DNA of 63,963 nucleotides, counting the filler, from Thelocarpon superellum (lineage: Eukaryota), in the NCBI GenBank assembly GCA_026025795.1. It is 5 parts of 5 records of this genome, joined end to end, with 100 filler letters (N's around TTAATTAATTAA, not from the genome) between each part and the next. Parts side by side here need not be neighbours in the genome. Positions count along the whole stretch, not along the records: positions 1 to 13,957 come from JAPEUG010000442.1; 4 more parts are not named here. One strand, 5' to 3'. Of this stretch, positions 1-10,202 are shown piece after piece. The translations under genes were made by a program, and so were the position numbers. The notes under the pieces are model-generated. The model did not search any database and was not told the origin of the DNA. It saw only the letters and a list, made by a program, of their open reading frames with translations. Position 1 is the first letter of the stretch. Each line of letters starts with the position of its first letter.

Positions 1-566
1 TATGGAATCGCATCGTCCATTTGCCCAAAGCTGTCCCGAGTTGAATCGCAGAGAGCTCTGATACTGACGTATCGTAGAGGAAGGTTTTCAGATTAACGGT
101 TTGTGGGATATGTTCGATGACCTGGATGTGATCGTCGGGGAAGTAATGCAGCGATACGGGCGTCCTGATGACAATGCTCCCTCCATCGATGGTCTGTGAG
201 AACGAAGGGATGCCTTCGGCGAGAAGCCGATGCTCGTAGTACTGTGTAGACAATCAGCAATCTGTCACAGGCATCACGTCAGAGAATGAGGATGAGAATG
301 AGAATGAAGCAGACTGTTGGAAGGGGACATAATCATACACTTCGACGAGCATCAAGTGTGAATTCTTGGCGACTGATGCTCTCCGCATGCTTTATTGTCA
401 CCGTACATGTACCGTCTGGTAGCGGGCTGGCGAGTGTTCCTCGATAAGTAAAGTTGGTGACTCCGCCAACCAGAGGAACAAGATCCGTACAGCTGTATCG
501 GGTTGCCGCCAGAGCTCGTTGAACTGTTTGGCGATCAACGTTCCACTGCAAGGTAGAATACACCAT
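1..566 (-). CDS. Phosphotransferase (APH/choline/methylthioribose kinase-like) family protein, 3' end outside the window
   Basis: ATG at 566. Exon 1 carries GGVTNFTYRG...TVTIKHAE (Gly-loop plus catalytic Lys of the kinase-like fold). Intron 338-242 (GTATGA...CAG). Exon 2 is open to position 1: YYEHRLL...IRTP...IQVIEHIP...NLKTFL...LGTALGKWTMRFH. Confidence 0.75.
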
Positions 567-830
567 GACGTGGGTCCAGGTTGCTATCCAAGGACGGACA
601 CAATTCTGTGGTACAATCCCCACATGTGTGTGACGAGCTAGCAAGATGGCGGTCGGATGCTGGACATGGTGCGAAAGCTACTTTGAGTACGAATAGAGTA
701 GAGATGGCCAGCCTGGCTCATTTTGTTGGAGGAAGACATAATCTACGGCTATGGCAGCTGATTATAAAGGGTGTAGGAATCAGAGCTGAATTGCTAATCT
801 ACGCGTAGTCTGGGATAGTAATAGGGGTAG

Positions 831-851
831 GCACGTGACCAGATCACGTGC
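831..851. promoter_or_regulatory. Inverted pair of CACGTG E-boxes (GCACGTGA-ccaga-TCACGTGC) in a divergent promoter
   Basis: Perfect 8-bp inverted repeat with a 5-bp spacer. TCATGTGAC and CACGTGAC also occur at about 1003-1022. CACGTG is the bHLH consensus (Cbf1/Pho4/SREBP type). Confidence 0.4.
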
Positions 852-1372
852 GCGCTCCTACAAGGGTATAATAGGAAATGCTCCATAAGGGGTTCCCATA
901 TATTTCGTAAGGGAAGACCCAAGCAGAGTTTTGATAGTTAGCCTTCGTACTCTTATCTTTCACTCTATTCCCTCTGCGCAACACATTTCATTAATTTGAC
1001 GATCATGTGACATACACGTGACAGTCGCACGACATCCCCTGCTCCTATAGGCGTACGCCCCTGGACTCACAATTGCGCTGGTGCCTTCTTACTCTATTCT
1101 CCATTTTCACAAAAATCGGTCTTGGCATTCATTTGTGATTCGTCGCGGCCCGTGTCTCCAGCCGAAGGCGCGCGGTTACACGGCGACTGCGATTGGCTCA
1201 GCCGGGCGCTTCCAGTCCGTTCCTGAGATGTAATTGGTTCGATGAATGCGTGGTTCGCTTGTACAGGAACGCCCATATCACCAGGCAGGCGTCAGCGGAA
1301 GGATGAAGGTGTCTGGCCCCACGATGAGGAGACCAAGTGTGTCTTCTGTTGGATTCATCGGAGTTGGAAATC

Positions 1373-3688
1373 ATGAGCGTCTCAAACATCCAGTTGGATC
1401 CGGGAGTCCTTACGTTCAATACCGCCAGCAAGTTTCGTTCCCTTGTTATAGCTTGCAGCCAAGATGATGTCCAGGCCACGGCAGTGGTAAGTTTCTTGAT
1501 TATTATTGCCCTGCGCCAGGATATTGATGATGAATATCAGCGTGCCATCGAACGTGTTGGTACCCACCTCATGGTGGCCGACCGTCTCCTTGGAAATGGT
1601 GTTGATGCACTTCAGGGCCGTGAAGGAAAGCGTCTTCAAGACACCCGTCTCTTCTTCGGCCTAGGATGGGGCGGCGTCGCGTCCCAGCTCCGTGATTCGA
1701 CGCCGTGCGTAAGGGTCTTCTTGCTCATGACCGCGATGAAAGTCTGCTCGCATGAAGATGAGAGCGTCGCCGATGTGCTGTACGAATTCATGGTGCAGGC
1801 TGGCCTTTTCCAGGACGAGCCGACGTCTTCTCGACAGCTGCGGGATCTGGTTGCAGTTTTGTCAGGGCAGGGACAAGCGCTGCATCCGTCTGTGCGGACA
1901 ACGTACGCGGACGTCCTTGACTGCCTCGCGATCTTACCGGAAGGCGCCAGATCGAAAAACTGCTTCTTGATGTTGGATCCCCCGCAGATGGCGAGATTGT
2001 TATTCCAGTGCTTTGAAGTTTTTCGAAGAGACTCGGTTGATTACGTGGAGGTGGCCGGGTCTCATGGGCTCGTCTGGGTGGTTACGGTGTTGCATTGGTT
2101 GAATCCTCTTGAGGTTGCACTCTTCTTCGATGGCACTTGCTTGCTCGGTGAGAAGGATGCTAGAATCCGCATCCAACCTTCGTCGGAGAGTACTCAGACG
2201 TGGCGAGTCACCAGCTGGACGACCGGCACCTCTGCTATCGCCGTGCTCGTGGAATCTTCACAAAACGACCGTTTTGACTTCATCCCAACCAGACGGTGGC
2301 GGATTCCGCGAGACTCTCTGCGGTTTTATCTCGAAGGCAGTGGGTTTTCTCCCGACGAGATCATCACGATCGGGGCCTTGGCTGCCGGATTGATCGACAT
2401 TCTCGTGCGCAACGGAAGGATTTACCGAGACTCTAGAACCAGCTTTTCTTTGCCCTTATCATCGGTCTGTAGTCTCCGGCTCACGCAACGACGCGGTGAT
2501 GTGGTGGAAGACTTTGGGTGGCGTCCTGTCGATGTTCAACCTCTTCGGGACAGGTTCGTGCGCAGCCAAAACTACGATCGATCCGAGAATGTCCCACTTG
2601 ACGTAATCCGCTCGCCAACATATCGCAAGCCCGTGGGGTCCGGCATTCGTTCTTACCGGAAAAGCTTCGAGAAGTTCGTCAAAGACCTTGGTCGTGGGAT
2701 TACAGCCTCCCGAGTCACAACACATATCGTTGGCATTGCCACCCAAGCGGTTCTTGCGGCGTTTCAAGATTGTGGAAATTTGGTGCAATACTACAACCTG
2801 CTCCGTGCGCAACAAGGCTGGGTGTGGGTACTACTCAACGCCATGAATCCTGGTGCTAGCGGCAGGGTCCAGGTGTGTACTATGGCCGCGTTACGAGAGC
2901 AATGCTTCATTGCAGCGGACATGGTCGTTCATTTTCCCACTCACGGGCACGCCCCGCTCGTGAGCTCGGGTGAGGGCCGGGTGATGCTGCCCAAGGTGGT
3001 TGTTGATCATTCCACAACACTCCGGTCACTGCTACAAATGCTTGTGCTCCCCGGCGGCATTCGGCTCAAGAACGAGGCTTTCGACACCATTCACGAATCC
3101 GACGGTCCCAGCTCGGGCGGAAGCGAGGTCGATGAGACTGCAGAACACGTCATGGACCCCGGCAGGCTGGACGTCGTCCTGAATCCCGCGCACGACCCAA
3201 CCTACTTCCACGTGGAATATCACTTCGGAAAAGACGAGAGTCGCTTACAAGTCTTGATGAGGACGTTGGTCGTCTCAATGTCCACTCCGCCCTTCAGTCG
3301 AGCCGTGACCTACCATCAAACCCTCGAGAGTCTCCTCTTTGCGACGGTACATTTAGATGGCGAAGGTACGAACGACTCGATGTCTCCGTCGACCGAGGTC
3401 ATTCCCGACATGCTTCGCGGTAGACGCGGATACGTTCATCTCGTCCGATGCTCAGATCGGGTCGACTCGCAATCGCCCATACCACGCGGGCTCGTAACCT
3501 TGATCCCCGTCGACCAGAGGCTACGCTTTTTCTTGGTTCATCCCGCCTTCTCCGGGCCTTCACGATCTGCAAACGGAAGGTCGCTGTACCTACAACAGGG
3601 TGCCTCGGTAGCGGAATGTCTGAAAGCGATTGGGTCACGGCAGTACTCGAGTGATAAGTGGAAGCTCATCACCGGTTACGATCCTTGA
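1373..3688 (+). CDS. Uncharacterised fungal protein (~750 aa)
   Basis: Long ORF with first ATG at 1373 (MSVSNIQLDPGVL...). Probable in-frame 54-nt intron 1487-1540 (GTAAGT...TATCAG). No recognisable catalytic motif. Confidence 0.8.
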   Translation: MSVSNIQLDPGVLTFNTASKFRSLVIACSQDDVQATAVVSFLIIIALRQDIDDEYQRAIERVGTHLMVADRLLGNGVDALQGREGKRLQDTRLFFGLGWGGVASQLRDSTPCVRVFLLMTAMKVCSHEDESVADVLYEFMVQAGLFQDEPTSSRQLRDLVAVLSGQGQALHPSVRTTYADVLDCLAILPEGARSKNCFLMLDPPQMARLLFQCFEVFRRDSVDYVEVAGSHGLVWVVTVLHWLNPLEVALFFDGTCLLGEKDARIRIQPSSESTQTWRVTSWTTGTSAIAVLVESSQNDRFDFIPTRRWRIPRDSLRFYLEGSGFSPDEIITIGALAAGLIDILVRNGRIYRDSRTSFSLPLSSVCSLRLTQRRGDVVEDFGWRPVDVQPLRDRFVRSQNYDRSENVPLDVIRSPTYRKPVGSGIRSYRKSFEKFVKDLGRGITASRVTTHIVGIATQAVLAAFQDCGNLVQYYNLLRAQQGWVWVLLNAMNPGASGRVQVCTMAALREQCFIAADMVVHFPTHGHAPLVSSGEGRVMLPKVVVDHSTTLRSLLQMLVLPGGIRLKNEAFDTIHESDGPSSGGSEVDETAEHVMDPGRLDVVLNPAHDPTYFHVEYHFGKDESRLQVLMRTLVVSMSTPPFSRAVTYHQTLESLLFATVHLDGEGTNDSMSPSTEVIPDMLRGRRGYVHLVRCSDRVDSQSPIPRGLVTLIPVDQRLRFFLVHPAFSGPSRSANGRSLYLQQGASVAECLKAIGSRQYSSDKWKLITGYDP

Positions 3689-3868
3689 GATGCACAGGAC
3701 CACGCCTACGGTCAACGTCAACCACAATGGCTTCATCATTGCTATCCTTGCATTCATAATGCCTCTCAATGCGCCTCTAACGCACCCATATCCTGGACAT
3801 CTCCTGACGCCCGTCCTGCGGTACTGTACGTCTGAACCCTTTCGCCCTTCCAATGCCGACCGACCGAG

Positions 3869-5146
3869 CTAATCCGTACCCTCAGTCAAGAACGTGAGGG
3901 CGGCGACGACGAAACCATCGACCCCCGTATGGAGGGTCGGTTGGATGACGGGGGCAAACCTCGGCGAATGGTTCGTGGGAATATCCTCGATCGTGCGATT
4001 CTCGCGCTGGGCGGCAGCCCACTGTTCAGGATCGATGCAGCCAAGAGTCCAATAACAGTGCGGCACACCGGCAGCAGAGGCGAGGACGGGAAAATCCTCG
4101 CTGCCGCCGAGTGGGGGCCCATCGCAGGAATAGCGAAGACCAAAATGACAGGCAAAGGAGTCTTGGACCATCTTGGTGACGTTGTCGTCATTCACCATGA
4201 TGGGAAAGGCCGAGGTCTGGCGGATGAGAGGTTCTTTGGGGGCATCGGACGCAGCGCTCTCGGCTTGAACAATTCGACGCATGGCGGATAGGATCTTGGC
4301 GCGGGTAGCGGGTGTTTCACTCCGAACGTTCACCTTCAGTACGGCGTGGTCGGGAATGACATTGTCCGTCGTGCCGGCCTGAATGCTTCCGACCGAGACG
4401 ACGGCAATCTCGGTCGGACATACCTCACGCGCAACAATACCCTGCAGTCGCACGACGACCTGGGCGGCCATCAGGACGGGGTCGACGGTGCGATGGGGTT
4501 GCGACGCGTGTCCCCCACGGCCGTACAGGATCACGTCGAAGCTATCGGCGGCAGAGGCCATCAGACCGCTTCGAGTGCCAATCTCCCCGGCCTTGTAGGG
4601 CATGATGTGTTGCCCGAGAACGACGTCCGGTAGGGGCACGGTATCGTACAGACCATCGTCGACCATGGCTCGGGCACCGCCCGCTCGCTCCTCGTTGGGC
4701 TGGAAGAGGACGACGAGGGTGCCATGCCAGTCATCCCGAGCCCGGTGGAGGGTCTCGGCGGCGGCTAGCAGGCAGGCCATGTGCATGTCATGACCACAGG
4801 CGTGCATCACCGGCTTGGAGATGCCATCGTGGTCGTCGTCCATGCGCATCGAGCTGGCGTAGGGTAGGTCGGTTGCTTCCTTGACGGGCAAGGCGTCCAT
4901 CTCGGCACGCAGCAGCACTGTCCTTCCCTCACCATTCGGCAACACCGCCGCCACGCCATGGCCGCCAATGTGCTCATGGATGGTGAAAGCGGGGAACTTT
5001 CGAAGGAAGTTGGCAACGACCTGTGCCGTCCGCTCCTCCTGAGAGGAAAGCTCCGGGTGCTGGTGGAGGTCTTTGTACAAGGCCTCGAAAGGATGGAGAT
5101 TGGGACGATGCCGATCCACCATGGCCGTCACCTTCACTGCGTCCAT
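3869..5146 (-). CDS. Peptidase M20 family amidohydrolase (hippurate hydrolase/Acy1-like), intronless
   Basis: Motifs LHQHPELS, VLLRAEMDALP, MHACGHDMH, FQPNEE, GRGGHAS.PH, GSEDF and NHSPRF. Confidence 0.95.
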   Translation of the reverse strand: MDAVKVTAMVDRHRPNLHPFEALYKDLHQHPELSSQEERTAQVVANFLRKFPAFTIHEHIGGHGVAAVLPNGEGRTVLLRAEMDALPVKEATDLPYASSMRMDDDHDGISKPVMHACGHDMHMACLLAAAETLHRARDDWHGTLVVLFQPNEERAGGARAMVDDGLYDTVPLPDVVLGQHIMPYKAGEIGTRSGLMASAADSFDVILYGRGGHASQPHRTVDPVLMAAQVVVRLQGIVAREVCPTEIAVVSVGSIQAGTTDNVIPDHAVLKVNVRSETPATRAKILSAMRRIVQAESAASDAPKEPLIRQTSAFPIMVNDDNVTKMVQDSFACHFGLRYSCDGPPLGGSEDFPVLASAAGVPHCYWTLGCIDPEQWAAAQRENRTIEDIPTNHSPRFAPVIQPTLHTGVDGFVVAALTFLTEGTD

Positions 5147-6065
5147 GTTGATGCCCGTCCTCCGAGCCCGTTGCGACCGCAACACAGACGACGCTGGGAG
5201 GTTCAGTACCGCTGCCCAGATTAACGCCCGCTCGGTGGTGGGACATACTGTTCCGATACATGAGCGGTAGCAATTCGTAGTAACTACCCGGCACGACTTG
5301 GATCGGCAGCAACAATGGCGCGGGGATAGGCTTCAACCAAGGTTCACGCGAGTGGCCAGGTAAAGCTTCTTAAGGCGGGAGGAAGGATGGTGGCAACGGT
5401 GCCAAGCTTGAGGTTCGAAGCCTGCTGAGGGACCACACAATCGCATTCATCCACGGTCAAAGAACGGATGGCGTTTCTTTGACTGGGGGCTTTAAGGGCT
5501 CGACATCGACGTCGACGTCGATGGCCCCCATCCCAGTTTGTGACCTGTACGACTTCAGAGCACAAACCACTCACGTCCGGGCCAGGCTCGATTGGCCGCC
5601 GGACCGTCTGCTCGACCCGACCGGTGTGACGGCCATGCAAGTCGGATACGACGACTTGCATGGGCCCCGCTCCCGACGCCAGTCGCCGCCAGTCGCGGTG
5701 GCCGGTGGCGTGGGCCAAATGACGGCGCCCGTCCCGCCATGTGTCCTGAGGTTGCCGCGGTACCGAGTGCGGTCAATAATGCTCCAACAGCAGTCCCCGC
5801 ACTCCCCGAGCTCGCCGGGTCCGACACTATTGAAGCGAGCCGGTACCGCCGCACCCTCGTAGGCGCCCCTACCTGCCGGCCTTGGCCATCCCCTCCCGGC
5901 CAGGCGCAGGCCCAGTCGTGACCGACCGGCAGGTATCCCGGCAATTGGCACCGTCCACGCTGCAGATCCAATACCTCCGCCACCGCCCTAGAGACCTTTC
6001 TCCGCCATCTGTCGTGCTTTTCGTCCCTCGCCTTCCGCCACGATCGACCGGGTCTCGCCGCGATC

Positions 6066-8990
6066 ATGGCCGAGGCGTCTCATCGCTCCGCGGACGAAGC
6101 CGCCCAGGCTTCTCCTGTCGTCGATGGCGATGACCGGAGGTTGGGTGCGTCAGCACCGCCTGTTAACGGGCAGAGTGCTCCGCCATATTCCAACGGACAG
6201 GCCGTCGCTTCCCCCGCGGACGTCTCGCAAGACGTCGACCGCGTCCTCCACTCCGAGGTCGGTGCCCCATGATTTCCACTTGACCATTCGACTGACCGCG
6301 AATTGGACGCACAGATCGGGGTGAACACGCTCCTCACACGTTTGAAGCAGAGTATCGCCTCGGCCAGGGTACGCCTCGTCCGATCCACGGCGGCGTGTAG
6401 GCATCCGTTGACCACCATGACAGGATTTCGCCACCTTCTTGAAGAAACGGTCCATCCTGGAAGAGGAGCAGGCCCAAGGCATCAAGAAGCTCTGCCGGGT
6501 CACCTTTGAGAACATTCGCCGGCCGGAGCATCGGCAGGGCTCTTACTCGAAACAATTCATCGATGTTACCCGCATCCATGACCGCATGGCGGAAAACGGC
6601 CTGCAGTTCGCCCTGTCGCTTCATCAACTGAACGAGGAGCTCCAGGAGATGGCCACCATCGGCGAGCGTGGACGCAAGCATTGGAAACAAGCGGGTTTGA
6701 CGGCCGAGAAGCGTGTGCAGGACGCCGAGGTGGCCATGGAGAAGGCCAAAGGTCGATACGACTCCCTGGCCAAGGACTATGAGCGTGCCCGCACCGGCGA
6801 CCGCCAGCCTGGCAAGATGTTTGGCCTGACCGGTCCCAAGTCTGCGGCCCAGTACGAGGAGGATCTTCATCGGAAACTGGGCACGGCCGACGCCGATTAT
6901 GCCGCAAAGGTCCAAGCCGCTCAGGGGCTTCGGCAGGAGCTGTTGAACAGTCTCCGTCCCCAGGCCGTGCGTGCACTACAAGACCTCGTGCTGGAATGCG
7001 ACTCGGCCTTGACCATGCAGCTGCAGAAATATGGTATGGCCGGAGAAACTCGCACGGTCGCTCTGTGCTGACAGTCTCCGTAGCCACTGCAAACGAGAAA
7101 TTACTGCTCAATAACGGGCTGAGCGTCAGCCCATTGAACAGCGTCGAGAACGGCCAGGCACAACCGATCAAGAGCCTGCGCGATGTCATCTATCAAATCG
7201 ATAACGAGAGGGATCTCGATAATTACGTTGCCTCTTTCGCGGCGAAGGTGTCTGTGAGGGCGGGCGACATCAAATACGAGCGGCATCCGGTATGTTCTCT
7301 CTATCATGCTTTCGTCCGATCACCGCTCCGATGATGAATCTGACCCTTGATACAGAGTCTGGCTCCTCAACAACAGCATCCTCCCTCTGCAGCTCGACAA
7401 ATACCTTCCTACGCCGAACAAGCACCGCCACCACAGGCACCCTTGTCGACACAACCGTTGCAACAGGCACCTTTTCAAACCCATCCCGGCCAGAATGGGG
7501 TACCGTATCCTGGGTCACACCCTGTGGGGGATCCATTCAATGCCGCCGCATCATCGCAAGCATACTCTTCTGGGGAAAATGGACATGGCCCGTCTCCGTA
7601 CCAGTCATCTATGCCCCCACAGATACCGGTGCAGTTCTCTCAACCGCCTCAGCTTCCGGTCCAGTTTCCGCAGCAATCTCACTCGTCGGTGCCGGGCTCC
7701 TCGGTGGAGCTCAATGCTGCGGCTCCACCGACGGCTGAGTCCTTCCCTACTGGCACGTTTGGCGTTCCGCTAGAAGAGCTGTTTGCGAGAGATCAGTCTG
7801 CCGTGCCCATAATTGTTTACACGTGTATCAAAGCCATCGATGTTTTCGGGCTTGGCAGCGAGGGCATCTACCGAGTACCAGGCAACGCATCCGACATCAA
7901 CAAGCTCAAGGCCAAGTTTCAGGCTGGTATGATTGCGGCGTCTTCCAAGTCTGTCACCGGCATCTGCTAACCTTCTCAAGATGTCCACTCAGTTGAGTTC
8001 AAGGTCGGGGCCGACTTTATTGAAGACATCAATAATGTCGCCGGCCTTCTCAAGTCCTTCTTCCGAGAACTGAATCCGCCGCTGCTGATGAATCCCTTGC
8101 CCGATGAGGGATTCAGCGAGAATCCTTCATCGGCCGAAGTTTACGACCGCTACAAGACCATCTTTGGTGAGGCCTTTCCTGAAGCTTCTCGTTCTATCGG
8201 CTAACTCTTCAGGTGATGCCCTCCGTGCCCTTCGACTCACGTTGGAGCACAAGCTCAAGACCTTTGCCAACTCGGATAGTCGGGGCGCGTTCGACCGCGA
8301 CGAGCGACTCAATGACGCCAACGTGTACGGAGAACTCTTACGACTGCGAGACGTGAAGCAGGATGAGGAGCTATACAGGGAGATGGTCAAGGTTGCGGGG
8401 ACTGAAGAGGAGCGGAAGCGTCGTGACAAAGACACGGAAGTCCGCAATGTCCTTGCGGAACTTGTCGAAACCCACGATATCCAGGTTCGTGACGAGGTGC
8501 ACAAGCTCATCAACAATCTGCAAGATCCAAACTACGCCACCATCCGCGTCTTTGCACTGGTAAGGATCCCAACGGCACCTCTCTCGACCGATCGCTGACC
8601 GATGCAGCATCTCTCCCGCGTGATGGAGAACGGAGCCAAGACTCGGATGGACCCGGCCAACCTCGCCACCGTTCTTGCGTATGCACATTCTGTCCCTTAC
8701 ACGGTCGGCACACATTCTAATGATCTCTTAGACCTACCTTGATGGAATTCAAGGATGAGTCCGCACAGGGCATGAATATGGCGGAGCCCAGCTTGCAGTC
8801 ACGCCTTCAAGCCCATCGAGACGAATCCGGCTGGCAAGTGCGGTTTGTGCAGACGATCCTGGAGCACACACATCAGATCTTCAATGAGGACGACGATCCG
8901 GCCGAGGTTGAAGCTGCTCCTGCGGCTGCCACTCCCGCTACCGCTGCTCCGGCCCAACAGCCCGCCAAACCCAGCCAGACTTATGGGTGA
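6066..8990 (+). CDS. RGD1: F-BAR (FCH) plus RhoGAP domain protein, Rgd1-like, multi-exon
   Basis: VLHSEIGVNTLLTRLKQSIASA and FLKKRSILEEE (F-BAR), a Pro/Gln linker, FGVPLEELF, EGIYRVPG arginine finger, VAGLLKSFFREL, DPNYATIR, and C-terminal GWQVRFVQTILEHTHQIF. Canonical GT-AG introns link the ORF fragments. Confidence 0.9.
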
Positions 8991-9458
8991 GGGGGTGGGT
9001 ACAAGGAGACGTTTCATTCGGGGTCTCTATTCTTGTGACGCGCACGTTCATACGACGGTCTTAAGGCTTCGGTCCTCTGGTCTTTGGGCTATGCTTATTC
9101 TCTATCCTCTTATCTTTTCTTGAAAACGCACGAGTTGGTGTGCGATGCAGGCTGGATGCATGTGACAGGGAAGAGCACGCGGGTGTGGGTGAGGGTGAGG
9201 GTAAGGGTGAGCGACAAGGGTGAGACGATTCAACGTTGTCCAAGTACAAAGTACATAGTCATGCGAGCATGGATATCAATACTGGTGACTGCAATAACGG
9301 CTGTCCTCCAGGTGGTAGTGGTATCAAGCAGCGAACAAATATCTTATGAGTGTCGGTCTTTGCGAGTTTATCAACAGTGGCGTGTAGCTTGAACACAACA
9401 TGCGTGGAGGTGGGACGATGAATGACCAGACGGTGTATCTCCAGACGATGAACGACCA

Positions 9459-9585
9459 GATGATGGATGGATGGATGGATGAATGATGGATGGATGGATG
9501 GATGAATGATGGATGGATGATGGATGGATGGATGATGGATGGATAGATGGATGATGGATGGATAGATAGATGATGGATGGATGGA
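9459..9585. repeat. Degenerate (GATG)n microsatellite
   Basis: About 125 bp of GATG/GATA/GAAT units between the convergent 3' ends of RGD1 and SRB8. Confidence 0.95.
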
Positions 9586-10202
9586 CAAATGGAACTGTAT
9601 TGTGGACTAGATCTACCGTACCTCCTAGATCTCTTGTGCTTCATCAGGTCATGGTCCCCCATTCAATAGCTCGCCAAACATTTCCTTAGTATGCAGCCAT
9701 CCCTCCATCCATCCGGCCAACTGTATCGGTTCGATCCAAGATCCTCGTCTATCCAAGATCCCTCGCTCCCCTCTTCCTTCTCTTCCCTCTTCCCTCTTTC
9801 CTCTTCCCTTCTTATCCACGCATATCGGACCGATATAGAGAGGAATGACGCGTAAGGTCGCGGCACGTAACGTACGTATGGACAGATGAGAAGGAAATGG
9901 AGAAACAGTGACAAGTGACGTGTGACGGGTAACAGAAGAAGGTGTACACAGGACGTAGAAACGCGATGACGGGGAGGGATTAGAAATTCTCCCTCCCACC
10001 GTCGACCGTTCATTCCTTGTTTGCGTACGCGGGCGTGCATGTATCATGGACGATTCATTCGTTGATGGCTTGGTCCCGTCCTGGGTCTTCGAGGCAGCCA
10101 AGCCGACCTGTAAGTCGCTTCCAAGACAGAAAAAGGACGGAAATCAAGAGAAGAGGAAGAGAGGGGGCCGTGTTGGTACAGGAAAGGGGGGAGAGGGAGG
10201 GG

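Noticed and set aside
780..960. TpA-rich patch as a possible RIP-decayed transposon remnant (similar patch at about 22140-22290)
   Set aside because: It is short, with no terminal repeats, no transposase remnants and no second copy in the window.
9259..9662. His/Pro/Ser/Ile-rich ORFs (IHPS repeats)
   Set aside because: They are translations of the (GATG)n microsatellite.
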